Positions 37,642 to 48,479 of a stretch of 64,000 nt of DNA are shown here, piece by piece. The stretch covers positions 397,201,261-397,265,260 of the forward strand of contig NC_133620.1 in NCBI RefSeq assembly GCF_048593235.1, given 5' to 3'. How positions within the stretch are numbered: position 1 is the first letter of the stretch; each line of letters begins with the position of its first letter. The stretch comes from Sminthopsis crassicaudata (taxonomy: Eukaryota). The notes beneath the pieces are model-generated. The model saw nothing but the letters and a program-made list of their open reading frames with translations, was not told where the DNA came from and made no database searches. Both the position numbers and the translations under genes were made by a program.

Positions 37642-37711
37642 TTTACCAAAAACAGAAATGCTGTGTGAAGTTGAAGGTGTTCATATAATAAGACCCAAAA
37701 TTTTGGGTAAG
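37642..37711 (+). CDS. CATSPERE: CATSPERE coding exon 4 (S)LPKTEMLCEVEGVHIIRPKILGK
   Basis: actttag| acceptor and AAG|gtaagt donor, 70 nt; aligns with recalled human PTTELRCSSPGVHAIKPIVTG. Confidence 0.9.
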
Positions 37712-37849
37712 GTAAGTTTAACTATAATTTTTAAAATTTTGATAAACAATTTTCACTTCTTAAAGCTTTATAATGCTTCCTTCTGAATAATAACAGTTCA
37801 ATATTAACTATAGACTATATTTTGTCTATGAAGAAATTAGATTGGTTGT

Positions 37850-38700
37850 ATGAGAACTTGCATTACTATATAGTGTCAAAATATTTTGGATGTTAACATT
37901 TCCCAGAGCTGAGGCCCAGAAAACAGGTTGTGCCCTGGATTTGGCATAATGATAATAATCCTTTGCACTCTGAATGGTATTGCCCTTAAATAAAGTGGAT
38001 TGTTTGGACTGCCACCAATTATTCACTAAGGGATTTAGCTTCCTTTATTAATTAGGGGGGTCCATCACATTTTCACAATCCCTATTTCTTGTCACTGACT
38101 GGTGCTACACTCCTGTTCTTTTCCCAGAACTCTGGTTCTGTGCCCCCACAAGGTGGCCATGACCCCCAATATCTTGAGATAGTGACTGATCCAGTGGGAC
38201 CCAAGAACAACTGTATTGTCCTAACAAGTGCTAACCATGAGAACTTTCTCAAGATCTAAGAATGATGTGTTGTAGACCAATCCCTTTCATGTATATAAGT
38301 GACCCCAGCCTCAGCAGCATTAAGTCCTCCTTTTAAAGAGATGGACTTCTGCCTGCAGGTGTCATTTTCTTCACTCTAAAATTAATTAAACTTCTCTTTA
38401 TGTTCTGATGCTCCTGTCTCTCAGCTGCTTTGTGCAATTCTGACCATCTATCAGTTAGAGGCTACTTTTGGTCCATTTGATATTAATTAGTGTCAGAAGT
38501 AGGATTTGACACAGAACTAGGCCAAATGGATCTTTCTGTACCACTGAGGGTAGACTAGATATCACGGGAGATTTATTTTTCTGAATTCTGATTCCCCTTT
38601 TCTGGTGAATCCACTGCCGTTTCCTACTCAAATCCTCTACCTCAAATTTGATTGAACTTGGCTTTCTTTGAGAGGAATATTCCATGACCTAAATTCTTGA
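37850..38700 (+). mobile_element. ERV-L-like LTR with tRNA-Leu PBS and leader
   Basis: The LTR ends ..gtccatttgata near 38482. tagtgtcagaagtaggatt at 38488-38506 matches TGGTGTCAGAAGTGGGATT (tRNA-Leu PBS) at 17/19. Homologous to 44872-46095 in reverse. Confidence 0.7.
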
Positions 38701-40129
38701 TTCAGTTCATTTGAGTAAGGTCAAAAAGACTGGCATTTTTGTGTGCCTTTTATCTTTTGAAATACATGTCTGGCTATGAAATACAATGCCTTCTCTTCTG
38801 TTTTATATAAATGCATGTCTGGCTCTAGATTTAGGTTTTTATTTTCTGCACATGGTAAATTTTATTTGTGAAAGAATTGTTGGTTTTGTGTTTGATTGGA
38901 ACCTGTTGAAATTGCTATTTTCATTGTGCTCTTTGTTTGAATTTGCCTTAACATTTTTTCTGAGTCTGTATCCCAGTTTGCCAAATATCTATGTCATGTT
39001 TATGTTGAGTTAGATTCTGTTACCTTAAAAGATTTAAAATTCAGCCATCCGGAAAAATTGTAGTTACAATGAATACTGGAAAAGATTAACTTTACTAACT
39101 CTTAGCTTAGGCTGTTCATTAGAAATTAGGTTATAAGAAAATAGAAAAAGCTTGTAAGACTTTTTTTTTCCCTTGTGGTCCTAACACTGGCCAAGTTGAG
39201 GCTGCAACTTTTCTCTAGAAAGTGGTAGCACCATTAAAGGCATCTTAGCAGGTTCTGGAGGTTTTGAGATTAATTACCAAGGAGTTTGGCAATTAGTCAT
39301 TTTAAAATTGCAGGAGAGAATTCCTAAGAGTTTGGAGGAATTCCAGGACTCCTCTGCTTTCTGAACTAAATCTTATTAAAAGGTTTTTTTTTAAGTTTTA
39401 AAAGTAATTGACACAATTAATAGCATTAATTAATACCTAGTTCTAGGATAGTGAAGGAAAGTTAGTTGGCAAAAAGCCCAGAAATGGAGAGTGGGGGGAA
39501 AAAAAGATAAATAGCAACCTATTGTTAAGCCTTTCTTGACTCCCTGTTTTGTTCTGAGCCCCCTTCTGCATCATAAAGAATATGGTGCCCTTTAAATAAA
39601 GACTAGGGAAGGTGCTGAAAAAGGAAAAACACCCCAGAAATTATTGAGGGATTTTTTTTCACAATTCATAATTACTCAGTATGCCTCATTCCCCTTTCCC
39701 AAACTCATGAGTGTATCTCAGTTGTGAAGACTGTTAACAAGAACATTACAACCCCATATCCCCTCTGTTACCACCTCTCATCTTTGATTAGATTAAGAAA
39801 AGAGAATGCTTTGAGAATTTTGGGGAAACTTGAATTCTGCCCCACCTCATAGAAATGAGGTAGCAACCACAGTAATTAACTATACACCCTGCATCAGCAG
39901 TTCCCCAACTCTAGCACTGACAATGGAAGGGAAGGGAATCGGGCTCCATGACCAGCATTCCATGAGTCCTGAAATCTGCAGCTACTACCACTGGGGAGAT
40001 CATTGTACTTGATACCCCAACCCCTAGGAAATACCCTCTTCATTCCCTAAAACTGTTGTTAAGCAGTCAGCATCTCCAAAGTATCTCTGCTGCAAGCCCT
40101 GTTCAGCTACTGCTTGAAAGAGCCTGAAT

Positions 40130-40380
40130 GGCTCTGGCAGTAGTAGTATGGCAGGACAAGACTAGGGAACCTGCAAACCTCTGTCCTTTGTAAGTCCATC
40201 CTTGATCTTGTCCAATTGCAGAAGTGTATTAACTGTGTAATTTATGGCAAGTTATGTTATCTCTGCCCCAGTTTCCTGATTTGTAAAGAAACAAATAATA
40301 ATAGTGGTGGTTGTGAGATAAAAAGTATGTAATAATCGTAAAGTGCTTAACATAGTGATCAACATATGCTAAGTCATATA
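40130..40380 (+). mobile_element. MIR-type CORE-SINE
   Basis: actgtgtaatttatggcaagttatgttatctctgccccagtttcctgatttgtaaa..gttgtgagataaa..gtaaagtgcttaacatagtg. Confidence 0.65.
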
Positions 40381-41539
40381 TTATTGTTGTTATTATATCA
40401 TCCTGCACTTAGCACATTGCTTGGCCCTATCAAGTCTTGAAATTTTTTTATTCATTTTATTTGGCTATTCAAGGGTGTATTGTCATTCAAAAATAATTCA
40501 AAAAAACCTTCATAATCTTGTTTGCAATTTTCCTTTTTCCTTTCTTTTCTGTATTCCTTCTACCTGTTTTTGTTATGATGCTCTACTTAAAAGAGAGAAG
40601 AGCATCCACTGGAACACATATTTAATCGTGTACCTAAGCATTGAGAATTTTTTCCCATTTTGCACTCTTTCCCATTAGCACTCTTGATTTTCAAATGGGT
40701 GGGTGAACAGCTACATGACTAAGAAATAACCCAAGTAGGTGTGAGTATTGTTTTCTTTTTCTTTGTTTGTTTAATATTTACCACTGAGAATGAAAAGTTT
40801 TGAATTTTTCTTTTTGAATCCCAACACTTGTTATTCATCAATATCTAAAGTACTATTGCCAAAGAGTGAAGAATTTTTAGTTTCCATTATCACTCCCTTA
40901 CCCTTTGTCCTCCTCACCCTTTGACTTCCATTTTGTCTAATGGAGATAATTTAATACTATAGGGATGCTTCTATACATTTTTCATTTGTGATTATTTTTC
41001 ATATCACACATATACTAGATCCTGTATTCATGGATAAGAAGTTCATCCATGTAGTAAACACACACACACACACACCAATTACATAGGAAAACATCCAGTG
41101 AAAAGAGAGGTTGTATATATAGAATTCTTTGCTGCCTTGCCAAGTTTGTCATCAGAATTTGATAAATCCCAAAGATACAACTTTCTATCATTAAGATATA
41201 TTAGAAAAGATAATTTTAAAAGATCTCATAGAGATTTGGGACAAGTCTTTTAGAGAAGATGTAAGAATATGAAAATAAGAATATGAAATCAGAAAAAATG
41301 CACATGGTAAGGTATGAATGGATTGGGACCCACATGGATGAAAGGAATGTCCACATTGATAAAATCTCAGAATTAATGAGGCATTAAAACATGAAAAACA
41401 GTACACATAGACAAAAATATAAATCTGAAAAAAAATCCAAAAATACTTCCTTAAAGCTTAAGATCTTTCATTAATTTCCAAAGGTCTTCTGCTAGCATCC
41501 AAAGAGCTAATTTTGACAAGAAAATGCATTTAACATCAT

Positions 41540-42384
41540 CTTTTTTCTAAAATTTAAGTAATTTATTTCTTCTTCTGTTTATATGGGCAATCTATATTTT
41601 TGTAGGTATTCCTCCATTTCACTTAAGTTGTCAAATTTATTGGCATAAAGTTGGGCAAAGTAACTCCAAATTATTGCTCTGATTTCCTCTTCATTGGTGG
41701 ATAGTTTTCCCTTTTAATTTTAAAAGACTAACAATTTGATTTTCCTCTTATCTTTTTCTAATCAAGGTTTATCTATTTGTTGAGTTTTTTCATAAAATCA
41801 ACTTTTAGTTTTATTTATTCAATAGTTTTTTTAGTTTCAATTTTATTGATCTCTCCTTTTATTTTTAGAATTTCAAGTTTGGTATTTGATTGGGTGTTTT
41901 TAATTTGTTCTTTTTCTAGCTTTTTTATTTGCAAGCCCAATTCATTGATTTTCTCTTTCTCTATTTTATGCATGTAAGCATCTAGAGATATAAAATTTCC
42001 CCTTATTACCACTTTGGCTGTACCCTACAAATTTTGGTATATTGTCATACTTTTTGGATAAAATTATTGATTGTGTCTGTATTTTGCTGTTTCACCCATT
42101 CATTCTCTAGGATGAGATTATTTAGTTTCCAGTTACTTTTTGGTTTATTTTCCCCTGGCCTTTTATTGGATGTAATTTTTATTGCATCATGACCTGAAAA
42201 AAAATGCACTTACTATTTATGCCTTTCTGCATTTGATTTTAAGGTCTTTATGTCCTAATATATGACCAATTTTTGTATAGGTTCTATGAACTGCCGAGAA
42301 GAAAGTATACTCCTTTCTGTCTCCATTCAATTTTCTCCTAAGATCTATCATATCTAGCTTTTCTAGTATTCTATTTACCTCTTT
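41540..42384 (-). mobile_element. Internal L1 ORF2 segment (EN C-half to pre-RT), lacking both L1 ends
   Basis: The minus strand reads DMIDL..KEYTFFSAVHRTYTKIGHILGHK..IRGNFISLDAYMHK..EMEEYLQKYRLP; perfect 16-bp direct repeat atgcatttaacatcat at 41524-41539 and 42385-42400. Confidence 0.9.
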
Positions 42385-42609
42385 ATGCATTTAACATCAT
42401 GACAGAATAGTGGATATTGCTTAACTATTTTGCCATGCTAGTTGACAGCAGCCAAAATCAGGATAATGTATAAGAATGCTTTATGGTTAAAGTAGAGGTC
42501 TCTTAGATCCCCCCTTTTCAAAGTACTAAAGGAAGTTTTGTTTTGGAAGAAAGCCTGATTTGATAGGCTTATTCCCCCATCACTTAGTCTTGTATGGAAG
42601 TGTCAAGAA

Positions 42610-42610
<1 letters not shown>

Positions 42611-42654
<44 letters not shown>
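42611..42654. repeat. (AC)22 microsatellite
   Basis: Read directly from the sequence. Confidence 0.95.
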
Positions 42655-42656
<2 letters not shown>

Positions 42657-43329
42657 CTGAGTAAGCAGAGAAGGAAACAGCCATGCAAAAGTTACAAAGC
42701 CAAAGCCAGTAGATGAGAATTACCAAAGGAAGCAGGAAAGAGGCTGCATTGATGTATTATTGCTTGTGCCACCATAACCACAAGGCATATCTCTTGACAG
42801 ATATTGTTTTGCTAATACCCATTCAAAAGGCAACACCAAGACAGTGATTCTCCATTTCCCTTCTCTCTTTTCCTTTCTTCTTAAAAAAAAAATCTGTGTG
42901 ATTAATTTTTCATCTCTTTCTTAAAATATGTTTGACTAATTACTGATGTGTATCATTGCTCAGACGCAAACAAAGAATGGTAACTGGTGAGTGCCTAGAT
43001 GGAGAAAGTTAAAGCAACAGTGTCTTCCCAAGACAGAGAGAGATTACTTATACCAGGATTGTTAAGCAGTGGGTGAAAAGCAGTGGATAGGGAAGACTCA
43101 TAAGATGTGCCACTAGGATGCAAATGAAATGGGACCTTCCCCATTTTTCTTCTCATTATTTCCAGTGGAAAAAGGAAGTCATTGCTCAGTGAGAAAGATT
43201 TCACTGAATAAATGGCCCAAAGAGAGGAGTATACTAGACCACAAAGATGGGGATGAGTAAGATTAAGTGAAAGTCCCATCATCCTATTATCATCATGACA
43301 CCACATCACCACTGATGCATGCATAGCCC

Positions 43330-43960
43330 CCTTTAAGATTCCTTGTTCTACAACTTCCTTTGGGACTGACCTTTGATTTACAAGATCAGTATCTGTGCCA
43401 ATTTGGGCCTGTACCCAACCCCCAACTATCTGCTCAGGTTTCCCCAAAACAGTTTCTTCCTTATCTGAAAAGCCCGCCAAAAATCTGGCCTTCCAGGAAT
43501 CAACCTGGGCTCTGCCCATATGCTTCTTCAAGCAGATAAAAACATCAAAGCTAGAATCATCTTTGGTCAGAGAGTTGAAAGATGCCAGCCAAGATGCTTT
43601 GCAATAGGGACTCTCTGTCCCGCCGCTTTCAGCGTATTATCTTCCTCTATCTAATGCCTTTTACTAACCAGACTTTAACCTTGCTTCCAAACCTTGCAAT
43701 AAATCTTGTTTTTACCCATCTAGGTTTTCAGGCCTGTAAATTCGTTTTCAGGCCTGTAAATTCATTTACAGGGGATTCTCACCTCCACTAGACCTGATTT
43801 AACTTTGTATACTTGCGCCGAATCCTAAGGGGTTGCAGGGGAGCTCCATGTGACTCCCTGTACCCTAAATCCTGCCACTAGACCTCAATTAATCCTATTG
43901 AGGTATATACCTCACCATTAGGTATTTACCTCAATTATTTGGCTCCCTATTACCTCATCA
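43330..43960 (+). mobile_element. LTR-like element (left boundary uncertain)
   Basis: AATAAA at about 43698, ends ..cctcatCA at 43960, contains a perfect 20-bp tandem duplication gttttcaggcctgtaaattc at 43724-43763. Confidence 0.6.
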
Positions 43961-44679
43961 ACTACCATGATACTATTAGAACTATGTTATAGGGTTCTGA
44001 CATTTTAATTTTTTTTAATAAAGTATGCTTCTTAAAACACATTTTGTTTGGTTTTATTCTAATGTTCCATTTGACAGTATTAAAAATTTATATACATGTT
44101 TCCTGTCCTTCTCCTCTTTGACTCCAAGAAAACCTCTTAGTTTTTTTTAGCCTGGAGTCAGAAAGGCTAACTTTGAATCATTTGATATTGGACCTAATAG
44201 GATCCTTACTGGTTACTTAATTCAACACCTTCGTTTGACAGATAGGAAATAGAACATCTTAGAGCACTTGGATCAGGTCACAGGGTTTATTAAATGAAGC
44301 AGACTGAAAATTAGTTTCTAAGGAGATTGGAACTTCCCTTCTTCCTCTTATTTTTGGGAGGGTTCTCTTCTCTTTTCCCCACTTTTTTCCAGTTCCTTTA
44401 CATCTCTCTTCCACATTGTCTTATGGAAAAGAAGACAGTACTAAACATCAAACATTTTTGTATTATTGATGAAGATCTTACTTTTTGTGCCAATGATTAA
44501 ACAGCTATAATTTCTAGATTTCTTGACATTTTGGAATTTGTGACTGTTTTGGTTAGCTTGAATAACTGGTTTTTCTATTACATTATTCATCCATAACATA
44601 AGGATCAATATTATGTTCCTAATAGTGTTTTTATTTTAAAATTAACTCAAAGCATCCCATCTCTTCTCTATTTTTTTAG

Positions 44680-44753
44680 TCAGAAGAAGCTGAGAAACGC
44701 TATTTATTTGTGGATCGTCCTACTGAATGCTTTTTGTGGTATTACCAATCAAG
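44680..44753 (+). CDS. CATSPERE: CATSPERE coding exon 5 SEEAEKRYLFVDRPTECFLWYYQS(S)
   Basis: tttttag| acceptor and AG|gtaaaa donor, 74 nt; RYLFV..CFLWYY matches recalled human RYLFVESSHTCFLWYY. Confidence 0.95.
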
Positions 44754-44871
44754 GTAAAAAGCTTTTTAAAATCTTTATATGTAACATTTTTTAGCACATT
44801 GAAGTTTGCCAAAGCATATTACAACATTATTTAATAGTTTCTTATATTCAAGTTCGAGTTTTTTATTCTCT

Positions 44872-46095
44872 TGTCAACTGGACCAGAACTAGCATTAGAA
44901 GCATTAACCCATCCTTCTAGGCTTCCATCTGTAGGTATCATTTTTCTCACTTTGAAATGAGCATGTGGAGCCAAAACAGAGCAGACCAGAGACAGAAGCA
45001 TCAGGTTACAAACAGAAGTTTACTTTCAAAGTGACAAAAATGACACCTACAGATAGATGCTGGGATTACTTATATACATGAAAGGAGTTGCCCCACAATA
45101 CAGTCATTTTCAGATCTTGAGATAATTTTCATGTTTAGCATATCTTGGGACAATACAGATGTTCTTGGATCCCATGGGAACAACCATTGTCTCAAGGTAT
45201 CGGAGCTTGTGGCCATTCTGTGGGGGAATAGACCCAGAGTTCTGAGATAACAGAATACCTCACCATAGTGATTCCAGGAGGAAAAAAGTTAAGAAAGGAG
45301 CCCTAGAGGTCTCCTCACAAAGAAAACAGACTTGATCGAGTGTGAACCAGAAGATTTGAACAGGAAAGGGCAATGGACTCACCAAACAAAAAGGATCAGA
45401 CTTCAAAGAAATAAATCTTCAGTGATGCTTAAGCCACCCCATTGGTATCAGAAGGTTCATTCAACTCTGTTCTATATCAATTCTCACTTTTGTCACCCAA
45501 TAATGTCAACCAGACTGGAACTGGACTCTTAACCTGTAGGTGACTGGAGCCAAACAAAGCAGGCCAGAGACAGGAAAGTCAGGACACAAACCAATGTTTA
45601 ATTAGTTTCAGAGTGAAGAAAATGATGTGTGCAAACAAAAGGCCCCATCCCCTCCAAAGAGAGCCCAACTTGGTATACCAAAGGTGAATCTTATATGCCA
45701 AAAATGAGATGGATTATAACAATCACTTTTAGATCTCAAGTAACCATTTCCACAAGTTCTGTGGGAACAGTATTGTCTCAAATCTAGGCTGTCCTGTCTA
45801 TCCTGGGTGGCACAGAAGCAGTGTTCTGTGACAAGAACAGGAGTTCAGTACCTGTCACAAGGAACAGGTATTGTGAATATGTGATGGATGGCTCTGAGAA
45901 ATAGTGGAAGTTAAATTCCTCAGGGATATCTGGTGCTGGTCCAAGCAATACGCTTTCCCAGAAAGCTATATCATCCTGAGTGCAAAGGATTACTGTTATA
46001 TAAGCTCAGAACACAGTCTATTCCTGAGTGTTAAGATCTGGGAAACAGGATATGCCCAAAACAAGTCTGATACTTGACTATAGGCATTTGTTTCA
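44872..46095 (-). mobile_element. ERV-L-like LTR - PBS/leader - partial LTR unit
   Basis: On the minus strand: LTR ending ttgaCA at 45504, degenerate Leu PBS (about 14/19) at 45480-45500, about 230 bp of leader homologous to 38490-38700, then a second LTR copy ending ttgaCA at 44872. Confidence 0.7.
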
Positions 46096-46459
46096 AGAAC
46101 TATATTTTTGTTTTTCTTTTTTTCTGAGAACAGTGGATAAGATAGGTTTAAGGAATGTAAATAGTTTAAAAAAAGAAAAATCATTATCTTTTTTTTCTAA
46201 ATGAATAAAATAGAAGTCAGAATATAGAATAACTTTGACAAGCTACAAGCTACACTTACATACTTTAAAGGAAAGTTGTATAATTTAGAACACATACAAA
46301 AGAATTAAGGAACAATTTACTGCCTTCAAGACTTGAGATGAGTTAAGAACACAAAATGTATATAACAAATGTGACTTTTTACACAAATATGCCCATACTT
46401 AACAAATCAAGTACATACATCCTTATTTAGCTATCCAAGACAAATATACCCATACCTAA

Positions 46460-46670
46460 CTAGCCAATGTGTCTCTCAGAAGAGTCACCTTTTGCTGACA
46501 TTTTGAAAGCTCCCCTTTTGGTATTATTTTGATAGTAGCCAGATTACTTAACACAAATAAAACTGACCTCATTATTTTGTAATTAACAACATGAGCTCTT
46601 TGTTTGTCACTGACTTTATTCACCAAATGTGGCGGCCCTAAATGGCTTTAGCTGTTTCAAAAAAAAAACC
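46460..46670. mobile_element. Mariner-derived DNA transposon fossil
   Basis: cagaagagtcaccttttgctgacattttgaaagctccccttttgg and caccaaatgtggcggccctaaatggctttagctgtttcaaaaa resemble mammalian mariner remnants (recalled). Confidence 0.4.
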
Positions 46671-47110
46671 CCATTCTATTCAAAAAATCATTGAACATTT
46701 TCAAGTGCTTATTAACTACAAAGCTCATGCTAGGTGCTGAGGGAAGAAAGAAAAGAGGGGAAATTATCTTTATTCTCAAGATGCTTTCATTGTTTGATAA
46801 GAGGAGAGAGACTGGAGAAGTTTGGAAGAGGGAAGAAAATGACAACATATTCACAAGTAATATTGAAAGATGACATTGGGACGTATATAAGATAAAGAAT
46901 GTAAAATCCCAAATGCCAACTGAAAATTTAATCTGATTAATCATACAGAGTTACTCTAAATTTTTAAGATTAATCTGGCAATGAATATAACTGACATTAA
47001 AAGAAATATATCCAAGAACCTTATAATATTTGTGCATATGTGATTAAAAGTAGATGGCATAAAAATTACAACTTTTATTATTTATTTAAATTTTTTTTTG
47101 TTTTTTTCAG

Positions 47111-47135
47111 CCAAGTGACAAACAAATCTCTTCAG
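47111..47135 (+). CDS. CATSPERE: CATSPERE coding exon 6 (25-nt microexon) (S)QVTNKSLQ
   Basis: Long poly-T tract with ttcag| acceptor and CAG|gtaaaa donor. Bridges phase-2 exon 5 to phase-0 exon 7 and restores the recalled human spacing. Confidence 0.85.
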
Positions 47136-47462
47136 GTAAAATTTTTATATTCTGTGTATCATTTGAAGATATTTTTTACTTCTTACCTTTCTAAATCTCT
47201 AGAATAGTAATTCACAATTCTGATGTATGCTATATTGGAAGAAGGATACAAAAGTAATGAAACAAAAATAAGATGTCACAATTCAGGAAAAAATGGAAAT
47301 CACTGCTTAAAATATCTTTGGTCTATTGTCAATTTTTTTCTGTTACTCTCAACAGTAAATTAATTAAATTTCAGGCAATAGGACATGAAAAATCTTAATT
47401 ACTTTTTCTTCAGCAATATCAAAGTAGTAGATAATGAGGACCCTACCCATGCTCTCTAAAAA

Positions 47463-47625
47463 CCAGCTTCTTAAGCTGTATTTCAGAACTCCATAATGCT
47501 CAAAATTATGATATATTATCAGTAAATGTTTGATTTTTCACATATTTTATATGCTTATATACCTGGGGTCCCATAAAAATTTCTTAGACAAAAAAGGACA
47601 TAAGTGGAAAAATTTTAAGAAGATC
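47463..47625. mobile_element. hAT-Charlie-type MITE
   Basis: cagcttcttaagctg...atacctggggtcccataaaaatttctt..gtggaaaaattttaagaag with degenerate terminal inverted repeats. Confidence 0.5.
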
Positions 47626-47829
47626 GCTCCAAAATATCCCTTGTCTGGCTAACCTATATTCATCTAAAAGGAGGAGTTAGAGTATGGGAATGATGGTGGT
47701 GGAAAAACAAGGCTGTTTACAATTTGTAAAAGAGATATCAAGGGATGAAATATATTTCAGTACATGGTTGTACTGAATCTAAGATCATAGAAATTTGGCT
47801 AGCATAATTAGAATCTACTAGATATATTT

Positions 47830-48290
47830 GAGTAATATTTTTAGGATCCCACTTTGTATTAGTGGATGAAAGTTTTCCAGGTTTTTTCTGCAAACATCCT
47901 GCTCATCATTTCTTACAGCACAATAGTATTCCATCACACTCATATACCACAACTTGTTCAACCATTGCCCAGTGAATGAACATCCCCTTGATTTCCAGTC
48001 TATAACCACCACAGAAAGAGTTGCTAGAAATAGTTTTGTACATATATGCCCTTTTCATTTTTTAATCTCTTTTTTAATACAAATTTAATGTGTTCTTTCT
48101 GTGTCAAAGATATGCACAGTTTTATAGCCCTTTAAGCATAGTTCCAATTTGCTCTCCAGAATGGTTGGATCAATTCATAAGTCTACCAACAATGCATTAT
48201 TGTTCCAATTTTTCCACATACCTTCCAACATTTGTCAGTGTATTTTTCTGTCACAACAGCCAGTCTAGTATCAATCTATTACATTAATTC
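47830..48290 (-). mobile_element. L1 3' fragment
   Basis: ORF 47818-48012 has WLNKLWYMSVMEYYCAVRNDEQ. Confidence 0.75.
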
Positions 48291-48479
48291 ACCCCTATTT
48301 CTTAGCTAGTAGCAGATTGTTTTGATCCCACTGTTTTTAAACTGGCAAAATATTTTATTTTCCACATTTCTATTCCATGTTATTTTTTCCAATGTAGTAC
48401 TCAGTGGACATCACTTTTATATGGCATGGTACTAATGTTAGGTTCTTAAAGCTCACAGCAAAGGAGCATAAGCTCTGAC

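Noticed and set aside
43410-43440. IVGG motif in the 178-aa ORF suggesting a trypsin-like protease
   Set aside because: No catalytic His/Asp/Ser motifs or conserved Cys pattern follow; coincidence.
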